DNA of 64,000 nucleotides from a virus: IMG/VR virus record IMGVR_UViG_3300045988_129927; one strand, 5' to 3'. Shown piece by piece: positions 49,012 to 57,408 of this stretch (position 1 is its first letter; each line of letters starts with the position of its first letter). The notes under the pieces were generated by a model. It saw only the letters and a program-made list of their open reading frames with translations, ran no database searches and was not told where the DNA came from. The position numbers and the translations under genes were made by a program.

Positions 49012-51351
49012 TTAAATATACTTATAAGATAAATCCAAATTACCTGCCCAAGTATAAATATTTTCTAATAGATTAGCTCGATAATATTTATCTAAAGCTT
49101 CATCGACTGTATCTGTAGTAATGATTTTATCTGGTAGAGTTGATTCGCCTTCAGATGTACATATGTTGTGTAATACTGAGAAAAATACATATTTAACAAT
49201 TAACTCAATACTTTCTCTATCAATCACATGGTCTGGTAAGGCTTCTACTTTCTTCCTTAAATCAGTCATGTAATCCGCATAAGAAAGTTTATTGCGCCAA
49301 TTCTCACCTCTAAACATCAAAGCATTTTTATCAGATACTTTATTTTTATACCTGTGTTCAGTATACTTATCATCTGTTATAAGATTATAGAAATCAGACA
49401 ATGGAATATTATGTGTATTTCCATTCTTATCCATAGCTTTAGTTAAGATAAAGAATGTTTTAAATTCATCGTCTTGTGTAATATTAAGTTTGGTCTTTAA
49501 TTGTTTTAATGCATTTCCTTTTAATACACCATAGTGTAGATTATTCAAAGCAGACATTTTAACAATATCAAACATTGCATTAAGTAATGTTTTGTACTTA
49601 TGTTGTTCTACAGAATAGCGGCTATTAAATTCACGCATAAACCAAGTATAACCATTTTTAAGATTATCCAATCCCTCATCTGGTGGTCCTAAGTACTCAC
49701 CTGGTTTTGGTTCAAATAAACTCCAAATATTAGCTATATAACCTAGTTCTTCTACAAAACCATATCTAACAAGGAATCTATTGTTAAAATTATTCTCACT
49801 TAATATTTCTGGTTCTATGTTTTTATTAGCGATATTTAAATTATCTCCAGTATAACAATATAGTTCTTTAGACAATAAGGTAAAATTAAAACTATAATCA
49901 GTATCCATTAACCTTACTTGGTTTTCATTTAATACATTACCACAACAGAATATTGGAAAGAAGATATTATCATCAGGTGTAGTAGGTGTTAGAGATACTA
50001 AATTACTAATCTTACGACTTAATGAATTAAAGATATATTCGCCAATATCTCTATTCGTAATCTCATTATTTGTTTTTATACCTGCACCAGCCCAACGATA
50101 ATCATATTTCACTGTTTTAAACCAAGGATTTGGGTATGATGCACTAGAACTAGATAAATAACCACCACTAAATTTCTCAATATCCATATAAGCTTTAAGT
50201 AACTCTTTTAGTTTTCTTACCTGGTTAATAAAAATCCTATTCTCCACAGACCTTTGTACATCAGAATCAGCGGTACCAAATCCATACCATGGTAAATAGG
50301 TACTGGAAATATATACTGCAAATTTAAAGAATGCAGTATTAATTCTATTCCAAGCACCATTCTTTTTAATATAGATATTGTTTGGAACATAGTCAACTAA
50401 TACATCATTAGCATTAGCAATCTTATCAGAACGAGCTAGTCTTGTATCTATTTCAGACTTAACGACTTTAGGATTTCTATTTTTAAACTTCTTAGCTTGT
50501 TCCAATACCTTATTTTTAAATTGATTATAAGGCATTTTAAGAATATCAAAATAACTAAAATAAATAATAGGATTACAAGTAATTACTAAGTCATCCATAT
50601 TATCAATAATACCATCAGGCATGGTTCTTTCTGATTTACAGTATTCGTTATTAATAGCACTATTGGTATTTAGTAGTTTAACTAAGTCAAAGAACTCAGG
50701 GGTATACTCTATAGCTGGTTTAGTTTGATTATCTTCTAATCTAGTTTTATAAGAAGCTAAGTCTTGTTTAAATTGTTCATTAATTGGAAATAACAACGAA
50801 TTAACTCTAAAACCAAATTCTTTAACAGAATCCCGATAACTAGGTTTTAGTTTAGTAGAGTCTCTCAACCAACCTTGAACAATAGCTTCTTCTTTAACTT
50901 TATAATCTGCAAAGTTATATCCAAAGAACCCAATAGGAGCATAAGGTGTATAGCTACCAGCACCTTTAATACCGATGTGTTTATAAATAAGAGGTTCGTA
51001 GATTTGCTCACGAATTGAAATAATATCCCTATTACGATCAAAGTTCAAGTCATCTTCATCGTTAATATTAAAGTCATTCGCTCTATGAATATAATTATTT
51101 AAATACATCCTTAATACTTTTGGTAAGACTTCTTTAGATATTCTTTTGCCATATTCGATTTGTTCTGCTGCTGTATTTATCGTGGGTATACCTTCTTTAA
51201 TAAAATTCATGATAAAATCTTCAGCTTTTTTATCATAAGCGCTATCTACAGTTAATCTAAGCTGTTCATTTACGTAACTTCTAGAGTCTTGTCTTCTGTG
51301 GAAATGTTTTTCGTATACTGTTTGTAATATATTGTTTTCACCAATAATCAT
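49012..51351 (-). CDS. hypothetical large protein
   Basis: 779-aa ORF with AATAAAGGAATATAAA-ATG. No motif recognised. Confidence 0.8.
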   Translation of the reverse strand: MIIGENNILQTVYEKHFHRRQDSRSYVNEQLRLTVDSAYDKKAEDFIMNFIKEGIPTINTAAEQIEYGKRISKEVLPKVLRMYLNNYIHRANDFNINDEDDLNFDRNRDIISIREQIYEPLIYKHIGIKGAGSYTPYAPIGFFGYNFADYKVKEEAIVQGWLRDSTKLKPSYRDSVKEFGFRVNSLLFPINEQFKQDLASYKTRLEDNQTKPAIEYTPEFFDLVKLLNTNSAINNEYCKSERTMPDGIIDNMDDLVITCNPIIYFSYFDILKMPYNQFKNKVLEQAKKFKNRNPKVVKSEIDTRLARSDKIANANDVLVDYVPNNIYIKKNGAWNRINTAFFKFAVYISSTYLPWYGFGTADSDVQRSVENRIFINQVRKLKELLKAYMDIEKFSGGYLSSSSASYPNPWFKTVKYDYRWAGAGIKTNNEITNRDIGEYIFNSLSRKISNLVSLTPTTPDDNIFFPIFCCGNVLNENQVRLMDTDYSFNFTLLSKELYCYTGDNLNIANKNIEPEILSENNFNNRFLVRYGFVEELGYIANIWSLFEPKPGEYLGPPDEGLDNLKNGYTWFMREFNSRYSVEQHKYKTLLNAMFDIVKMSALNNLHYGVLKGNALKQLKTKLNITQDDEFKTFFILTKAMDKNGNTHNIPLSDFYNLITDDKYTEHRYKNKVSDKNALMFRGENWRNKLSYADYMTDLRKKVEALPDHVIDRESIELIVKYVFFSVLHNICTSEGESTLPDKIITTDTVDEALDKYYRANLLENIYTWAGNLDLSYKYI

Positions 51352-51408
51352 TTTATATTCCTTTATTAACTATTAACTATCACAATATTAATTAAAAAAA
51401 AAAGAGTA

Positions 51409-51440
51409 ATTACAGAGGTAGGAATTCCTACCTCTGTAAT
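51409..51440 (-). terminator. hairpin after 51445..52140
   Basis: ATTACAGAGGTAGG-AATT-CCTACCTCTGTAAT, a perfect 14-bp stem. Confidence 0.6.
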
Positions 51441-51444
51441 CTAT

Positions 51445-52140
51445 TTACTTAAATATTACTTGACGCCAATGGAAACGAAGTTTTTTATTGAATCGTTTAA
51501 CTGTAATTGAATCTTCATTAAATCCAGCTACAGTACCTTCTTCAAATATAAATTGTTTACCATCATGGTAAGGATAAGTTACCTTTTGACCAATAGAAAT
51601 AGAATCAAAGATTTGTTTTTGTTCTTTGTCCATATTACTATCAACCATGATTAACTTATAGAAATACCAAGCAATCATTGGGTCTGTTGAAACAAACCAA
51701 GGAATTTCTTCACTAGCATATCCATTCACACGTAAATTAAACCACGCACATGTAACAGGCCAACCTGCTTTATTATCAAGATCTCCGATATCTTGAATAT
51801 ACGTTCCTTCTTTGGTACGGTGTTTATAGTCGTAGATATTTTTAAACAGATTAGGAATATATTCATCATCTGTACCCTTAGGTACAAACATGAATAGTTT
51901 AGTGACTTCTTCTTTACCTGAAATATTTAATTTAAATTTACCTACTTTAAGAACATAGTCATTAACATTCTCACGAAGGAATTTAATACTGTCACCTACA
52001 GCACCGAATTCATATTCAGCTGAACCCATATAGTCAAGACTAAGGAACAGTGACAAACCATAGTCTCTTTCAAAATCTTCTTTGTATTTTTTACTAATAC
52101 GATGAATGTAATAGTTTTGGTTATCGTTTAAATTAATCAT
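51445..52140 (-). CDS. hypothetical protein
   Basis: 231-aa ORF with TATATAAAGGAAACAAAA-ATG. Confidence 0.75.
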   Translation of the reverse strand: MINLNDNQNYYIHRISKKYKEDFERDYGLSLFLSLDYMGSAEYEFGAVGDSIKFLRENVNDYVLKVGKFKLNISGKEEVTKLFMFVPKGTDDEYIPNLFKNIYDYKHRTKEGTYIQDIGDLDNKAGWPVTCAWFNLRVNGYASEEIPWFVSTDPMIAWYFYKLIMVDSNMDKEQKQIFDSISIGQKVTYPYHDGKQFIFEEGTVAGFNEDSITVKRFNKKLRFHWRQVIFK

Positions 52141-52172
52141 TTTTGTTTCCTTTATATAAAGTTTAATAAAAT

Positions 52173-52227
52173 AGTGAAAGGAACCGTCGTCCCTTTCACT
52201 ATAATAGTATAGACCTGAAATATTTTA
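52173..52227 (-). promoter_or_regulatory. promoter-like box plus 5' leader hairpin
   Basis: On the minus strand, TAAAATATTTCAGGTCTATACTATTAT runs into the hairpin AGTGAAAGG-N10-CCTTTCACT. Confidence 0.45.
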
Positions 52228-52282
52228 TATTTCAGGCGACTTAGGTGTTATACACCGTAAGTTATTTAAAATATATTAAAAA

Positions 52283-53065
52283 TTAACTAACACATGATGT
52301 CAGCGTTACTTGGCTGTAAATATTTCTCCTAAGGAAATCCATCAAATTTGATTCATTATAATCGCCTGAAGATAATCTCAAGTATCCTTTAACTGAAGTC
52401 CTATCTCTATCACAAACCACAATTTCAATTAATGGTGAGTAGTATTTTTCATTTTCCAGAATCTTAACGATTACACCACTCATGTGTTTAAAATGTGTAG
52501 CAGGGATGCCTAAATAATCAAATAAATATTCACCATTAAAATTATCAGTCAAGGGGACTTTACCAATATTATTAACAATATTAAGTAATCCAACTAAATT
52601 CACATAATCCACACAAATATCACGATAGCGAATAGAGTCTTCGCCAATATCTGTAACAATATTATTAAGAATAAGTGTAGCGTACATATAAGCTTTAACA
52701 CAATTCTTATTGAATAACTCAACTTCATTAAATGGTGTCATTAGATGATGTCGTGTATGTAGGTCTGTAAAGAATTTATTTAACTCACTACATTCCAAAA
52801 ATTTTTCTTCGCGTTTAAAAAATAAAAACTTACGTTTTATCTTATTAATTAAAATGGTATTGTATACTAACCCATCACGTGCTTTCTTTTTTAAAGATAT
52901 CGAATATCCTTTTTTACTAAATAATTTATCGTAGTAAGGAATGATTCTATCACTGGTAGAATTAATCTTATGGATTAAGTTGCGTACAGATTTATTTTCA
53001 CTGTAATCTCTTTCAACTTTTACTGGGTTATTATCGGGTTTTTTTAACTTAGGATCAAAAAACAT
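52283..53065 (-). CDS. hypothetical protein
   Basis: 260-aa ORF with TATATAAAGGAGAACTAT-ATG. Confidence 0.75.
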   Translation of the reverse strand: MFFDPKLKKPDNNPVKVERDYSENKSVRNLIHKINSTSDRIIPYYDKLFSKKGYSISLKKKARDGLVYNTILINKIKRKFLFFKREEKFLECSELNKFFTDLHTRHHLMTPFNEVELFNKNCVKAYMYATLILNNIVTDIGEDSIRYRDICVDYVNLVGLLNIVNNIGKVPLTDNFNGEYLFDYLGIPATHFKHMSGVIVKILENEKYYSPLIEIVVCDRDRTSVKGYLRLSSGDYNESNLMDFLRRNIYSQVTLTSCVS

Positions 53066-53094
53066 ATAGTTCTCCTTTATATAAAAAATTAATA

Positions 53095-53126
53095 CTACTA
53101 GAGTGGAAATAAATCCACTCTAGTAG
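53095..53126 (-). terminator. hairpin after the adhesin gene
   Basis: CTACTAGAGTGGA-AATAAA-TCCACTCTAGTAG, a 13-bp stem. Confidence 0.6.
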
Positions 53127-53136
53127 CTTACTTCAA

Positions 53137-54546
53137 TTAACCACGAATACGTTTAGTAGTAGGTTGTGCTGGTACTTCACGTACAATCACTTCACGTACT
53201 ACTTCATGTACCACTTCTTTGGTTTGTACAGGTACTTTTACGCCACCGAATACATAAGAGAGGCCAAGACCAATACCGATGTTACGGCGAGTGTCTACAT
53301 TGATACCAGCTTTAGATACCCATTTACCAGAATCAGAAATATGGGAAACACCAACAGCTGCGGCACCCTCGTTTTTGAAGTAGCCTGCACCGACGCCGAT
53401 AGCCGTTTGACCAGGAGCGTGAGGTTGTGGGATTGCAGCGATTGCGTTAGCGCCAGCAATACCTGCACGTGCTTCGCGACGGTTGTCATGGATTTCTTTA
53501 CGGATTTCGGCATTGTCACCATGCAAACCATTTACCAGTTTACGCAGCTCAGCGATTTGGTCATCTTGAGCTTCGTTCCAAGTAGTATGCTGGTTGATGG
53601 TATTGTTAATACCTTCAATTGCTTGGGTATTACTAGTAATGCGATTAGCATTAACAGCGATATTACTAGCATTGGTAGCAACACCATCTTTCAAGGTTTC
53701 AATTGCTTTCACATTATCGCTTACTTTAGTAGCAACAGAATAGAGTTGAGAACCATTGATAGCATCAGTAGATTCAGCAGAAACGCGACCAGCTGCTACA
53801 TTGGTAATGGTACGCTCGCTACCTTCTTTACCTACAGATACAGTGGCTACAGGTTTATGGCCTTTGAACGTACCGTATTCTACACCATTGATAATGGCGT
53901 TAGAAGTACCTACGGCTTTCTCTGTAGTAGAGAAAGAACCAATAGCCACATCATGCTCATTATTGGCTTTAGCATTTGTTCCTACAGCCACAGAGAAACG
54001 AGAAGTAGAAGTAGCGCCAGAACCAATAGCGGTAGACTGACCGCCTTCGGCACGTGTAGATTGACCAATAGCGGTAGACTGACCACCCAATGCGTTAGCG
54101 TGCAAACCCATTGCTACATCTGAGTTTTGCTTAGCATAAGCATGAGCACCTACGGCGGTAGAACCAATACCTTCAGTACGAGTACCTTTACCGATAGCGG
54201 TAGAGGACTGAGCAATAGCAGATGCTTCTGAACCAACAGCAGTGTTCATTGATTCCAATGCTTTGGCATGATGGCCGATAGCAACAGACATATCGCCTTT
54301 TACTACGCTACGTTGACCACCTACTACACTGTCTTTACCTTCAACAGTGTTATGGATACCAAATGCAGTATTGGAGAGACCTTTATTCACCAAGTCTGTA
54401 CCAATAGTAGTATTACCACTACCAGTTACAGTGATTTTATCGCCTTGTACAACTTGATAAGTACCTGTTACCGAATTGTCTGCCAACACAGTAGTAGATG
54501 CAGCAGCAGCAATTACGGCCAGGGCAATGTTAGTCATTTTAGTCAT
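53137..54546 (-). CDS. trimeric autotransporter adhesin (YadA/Ata-type) with signal peptide, head repeats, neck, stalk and membrane anchor
   Basis: Signal peptide MTKMTNIALAVIAAAASTTVLA|DN. Repeated head units (SVAIG..AKA, STAIGKGT, STAVGAHA, STAIGQST, SVAVGTNA, DVAIGSFS). Neck TITNVAAGRVSAESTDAINGSQLY. Heptad stalk. Anchor AGIAGANAIAAIPQ...GVGAGYFKNEGAAAVGVSH...NIGIGLGLSYVF, followed by a 36-aa tail. Confidence 0.85.
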   Translation of the reverse strand: MTKMTNIALAVIAAAASTTVLADNSVTGTYQVVQGDKITVTGSGNTTIGTDLVNKGLSNTAFGIHNTVEGKDSVVGGQRSVVKGDMSVAIGHHAKALESMNTAVGSEASAIAQSSTAIGKGTRTEGIGSTAVGAHAYAKQNSDVAMGLHANALGGQSTAIGQSTRAEGGQSTAIGSGATSTSRFSVAVGTNAKANNEHDVAIGSFSTTEKAVGTSNAIINGVEYGTFKGHKPVATVSVGKEGSERTITNVAAGRVSAESTDAINGSQLYSVATKVSDNVKAIETLKDGVATNASNIAVNANRITSNTQAIEGINNTINQHTTWNEAQDDQIAELRKLVNGLHGDNAEIRKEIHDNRREARAGIAGANAIAAIPQPHAPGQTAIGVGAGYFKNEGAAAVGVSHISDSGKWVSKAGINVDTRRNIGIGLGLSYVFGGVKVPVQTKEVVHEVVREVIVREVPAQPTTKRIRG

Positions 54547-54638
54547 TTTTGATTTCCTTTTTAAAGTGTTTAGTTTAGAGAGGGGGTGAGTTTAAGTTAT
54601 TTACTTCTGTTAAACCCTGAAACAGAAGGTTAATGAAA

Positions 54639-54956
54639 TTACTCTTTGATAATAAACAAAAAGTCATTTTTAAATGTACTAGTAAAACCATACTTGGTAG
54701 AATACTCTGCCAATAGACTACCAATGTTCAGTATAGGTTCACCATCTTCAATGGTAATAGGGTCGATAGTACACTCGCTATAAAGAGGTACTAAAAATTC
54801 TTGTGTAAGTGTTTTATACACACCATAAGCTTCTGGCATTGTGTGTTGCTTAGAGTCAGGATATTCTTTATAACCTTTCTCTTTGCAGAGTTTATAAAGA
54901 CCATACATCTCTTTAGATAAAGAAGATGTGTAAATAGGTTTCAAGTTAGTAAACAT
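54639..54956 (-). CDS. hypothetical protein
   Basis: 105-aa ORF with TATATAAAGGAAACAAAA-ATG. Confidence 0.7.
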   Translation of the reverse strand: MFTNLKPIYTSSLSKEMYGLYKLCKEKGYKEYPDSKQHTMPEAYGVYKTLTQEFLVPLYSECTIDPITIEDGEPILNIGSLLAEYSTKYGFTSTFKNDFLFIIKE

Positions 54957-54984
54957 TTTTGTTTCCTTTATATAAGAGTTAAGA

Positions 54985-55263
54985 TTAACGGGTTTGTTCT
55001 AAGAGTAGTTCAAATCCACGTTTCGAGAAAACGATAGGCTTCTTAATAGGTTCGCCTGTCTTGTGGTCATCAACAAATGCAATAACATCGCCTTTAACCG
55101 CTTTCATTTCACCATGGTAAGAATCAACGTAGATGTTCTTTTCTGTACTACAGATAGAAGACTCTACTCCATGTTTTAATAACCATGTTTCAATTTCTTC
55201 TAAGTTATCATCTACAAAAGCACATTCTTGTAAACGATTTTTAATCAATACTTCTTTAATCAT
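54985..55263 (-). CDS. hypothetical protein
   Basis: 92-aa ORF, 3 nt after the upstream stop. Confidence 0.65.
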   Translation of the reverse strand: MIKEVLIKNRLQECAFVDDNLEEIETWLLKHGVESSICSTEKNIYVDSYHGEMKAVKGDVIAFVDDHKTGEPIKKPIVFSKRGFELLLEQTR

Positions 55264-55266
55264 GTC

Positions 55267-55656
55267 TTACACCATTTCAGAACTTTCAAATGTAAAGATG
55301 AATACATTTGTTTTGTTAGATTCAATAGTGAATCGGTATTCTTCATGGAAATATTTGATTTCATTTCCGTATACGTCAATATCTACACCAGATAAAGATT
55401 TAACTCGGCAAATGTATTTAGGAATACCAACCATGATTTCTTCAACTTGATGACGACGACAGTAGATGTGCCAATTAACGACAATTACTTTATCATTGTC
55501 AATAAGTGTATCACCATTAGATAAAGTAAAACCATCTTTGCCATCTAATTGATTGGCTTTAGTCAGAATGCTATCAATGTATTCTAGTTTACTGATATCA
55601 TCAAAATGATGTTTTTTAGTAAACAGTGAGAATAGATTTTGAAATAGGGTTTTCAT
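55267..55656 (-). CDS. hypothetical protein
   Basis: 129-aa ORF with an ATGA overlap with the upstream micro-ORF. Confidence 0.7.
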   Translation of the reverse strand: MKTLFQNLFSLFTKKHHFDDISKLEYIDSILTKANQLDGKDGFTLSNGDTLIDNDKVIVVNWHIYCRRHQVEEIMVGIPKYICRVKSLSGVDIDVYGNEIKYFHEEYRFTIESNKTNVFIFTFESSEMV

Positions 55657-55760
55657 TTTCGTCTCCGTTTTGGGATATAGAGTGTATAGAATAAATATCC
55701 CATTGTTAATAAATAGATTGCTAAAATAACGTAAATCAAAATAGTCATTACATCACGCAT
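55653..55760 (-). CDS. small membrane peptide (35 aa, not in ORF track)
   Basis: Sequence MRDVMTILIYVILAIYLLTMGYLFYTLYIPKRRRK, a TM segment with a basic tail. Overlaps both neighbours (ATGCGTGA upstream, ATGA downstream). Confidence 0.5.
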   Translation of the reverse strand: MRDVMTILIYVILAIYLLTMGYLFYTLYIPKRRRK

Positions 55761-55830
55761 GATTCACCACCATTATTACAATAAAGATAACAATAGCGAT
55801 AGTAGAAAATATTTCACCTATATTTTCCAT
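55753..55830 (-). CDS. small membrane peptide (25 aa, not in ORF track)
   Basis: Sequence MENIGEIFSTIAIVIFIVIMVVNHA with the consensus TATATAAAGGAAACCAAT-ATG. Confidence 0.5.
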   Translation of the reverse strand: MENIGEIFSTIAIVIFIVIMVVNHA

Positions 55831-55928
55831 ATTGGTTTCCTTTATATAAAATAAAGACATAGTGGTCTTTACACCATAATTGTATATGTTTCTATATTTT
55901 TAATTTATAGATAATATACCATATTCAT

Positions 55929-56215
55929 GGCACTGGCCGACCCAGGGACACCACCCCTGAGCCGACCATCATCAACTTTTGTACTGCTATTTTTAATTTT
56001 GTCTTTAATGATATTTTTTTTTGTTAATTTTGATTTTGATTTTTTTGTTAAAGGTGTTGTTTTTGTTAATGTTGTTAATGTATGGACTACGCTCTGGTCA
56101 TGCTCAGCGCCTGCCGATCCCCGACAGGAAGGACGTGTCTACTTCTCGTTTCCCTAAGGCCCCGTACTACTCTGAAGCTTTGCTTATTACGTACACCACG
56201 GATGATACGTGTTGT
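55929..56215. other. composite noncoding block: G+C-rich / T-G-rich tract / G+C-rich
   Basis: 55929-55971 reads GGCACTGGCCGACCCAGGGACACCACCCCTGAGCCGACCATC, with GCCGACC twice flanking the hairpin CAGGG/CCCTG. 55976-56083 is a ~108-nt T/G-rich tract with repeated TGTTAA(T). 56084-56215 is G+C-rich (CCTGCCGATCCCCGACAGG etc.). No credible ORF. Confidence 0.5.
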
Positions 56216-56246
56216 TAAGGTAACAAACCCTTATATAGAATAAGGT

Positions 56247-56446
56247 TGAAAGAAGTAGTATAAAGGAATGCATTAGGACATGATACAACCGATGTATATC
56301 AGGTTCTTACTGTGGATGGTAAATGTAAAAGATTGATTCGTCCTTTATTCCACCAAGATAGCAATCTCCTCTGGTAAATGACAAACGAAAGGGGAAAAGT
56401 ATTTACGGTTCGGATTGCTATTTGTTACTACTTCTTTCATATAGAG
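56247..56446 (-). ncRNA. candidate ~190-nt structured RNA (three-way junction) with TATATG box
   Basis: A perfect 14-bp closing stem pairs 56247-56260 (TGAAAGAAGTAGTA) with 56426-56439. Inner helices pair 56260-56267 with 56341-56348 (8 bp), 56358-56366 with 56413-56421 (9 bp), and 56374-56379 with 56401-56406 (6 bp). On the minus strand, CTCTATATG abuts the 5' arm. Confidence 0.45.
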
Positions 56447-56488
56447 TAAACTATAATAAAAAAATTATATTTTAAAAATTAAAGTTAA

Positions 56489-57295
56489 TTACAATTCTTC
56501 AAAAGTACTTACAGATTCTTCTACTTCACCATTATATTCAGCTTCTTCAATCTCTTGAATGTTACTGATAATCTCCATAGCAGGTACGTTAGGAATAGTA
56601 CCACCATCTTTTAGTAAGTTAGAAAGATTATTCTCTAAGTAAGGTAAAAGAACATTATAGACCTTCTTACGGTTAGCATAACCATGAGCATCACCAATAG
56701 GTTTAGTCTTACGACCAATGTTTACTCTATCACAACAACCATCAAAATCACCTGCATCAGCACTAGCGTTAATATTGGCTTTACTCCAGAACCAACACGC
56801 TGCTAATGCGCCTAAATCAGGCTCTAGAAGCTTATCAGTGTCTGTGTTAAGGGGTAGGTTATTTTCTTTAAAGAAACGCACGTAATTATCCTTACCGGTC
56901 AATTGGATAGGGCCTTTACCAGCATGTTTCCATCCATCACCAGTAGACTCGCTACCATTACCCATACGGTTAGCATAACAGTGGTTAGCAATTGCCATAG
57001 GATTACCAGCAATAGCATTTGCTTTAGCATTAGGTAAACCACCTTTTTTACCTGTCTGAGAATAACGGTTAGGCCATGTATTGGCTAAGCCTTTTGCTGA
57101 ATAGCGTAAGTTCTCACGCATGGTGGTTAAGAAGATAGACTCTACCATGACATTGGCTAAGAATGAGGCTATACGCTTAGGTGTGTTGATTTTAAAGGTA
57201 TTACAGTACTTAGCAAAGTAAGGTGCCCATTGGTGGGCTACAGCTGTCTTACAACCAGCTTTGATTAATAGTTTGTTCCATTCATTGATGTTCAT
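56489..57295 (-). CDS. endolysin, glycoside hydrolase family 19 (chitinase-like lysozyme) with acidic C-terminal tail
   Basis: FLANVMVESIFLTTMRENLRYS (E-x8-E catalytic pattern), GKGPIQLTGKDNY and ACWFWSK. The last ~40 aa are acidic. Confidence 0.88.
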   Translation of the reverse strand: MNINEWNKLLIKAGCKTAVAHQWAPYFAKYCNTFKINTPKRIASFLANVMVESIFLTTMRENLRYSAKGLANTWPNRYSQTGKKGGLPNAKANAIAGNPMAIANHCYANRMGNGSESTGDGWKHAGKGPIQLTGKDNYVRFFKENNLPLNTDTDKLLEPDLGALAACWFWSKANINASADAGDFDGCCDRVNIGRKTKPIGDAHGYANRKKVYNVLLPYLENNLSNLLKDGGTIPNVPAMEIISNIQEIEEAEYNGEVEESVSTFEEL

Positions 57296-57353
57296 GTGGA
57301 CTCCTTGTTATTGGTTAAAAATAAGCCATTAATAGTCATTAAATAACGACTCA

Positions 57354-57383
57354 CTACACTAGAGGAATATTCCTCTAGTGTAG
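57354..57383 (-). terminator. hairpin after 57409..58152
   Basis: CTACACTAGAGG-AATATT-CCTCTAGTGTAG, a 12-bp stem. Confidence 0.6.
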
Positions 57384-57408
57384 ATAAGTCTATTATAGCT
57401 AGATTAAC

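Noticed and set aside
53137-54546. The YadA-like protein as a tail fibre or receptor-binding protein that merely borrows adhesin repeats.
   Set aside because: It has a cleavable Sec signal peptide and a full four-strand outer-membrane anchor. Virion fibres do not need either. The fibre option remains testable by virion proteomics.
55927-56218. ORFs 55927..56157 and 56021..56218 in the region downstream of the endolysin.
   Set aside because: They have no RBS. Their products are dominated by translation of the T-rich tract (FFFVNFDFDFF, LILILIFLLKVLFLLMLLMY). They overlap each other in different frames.
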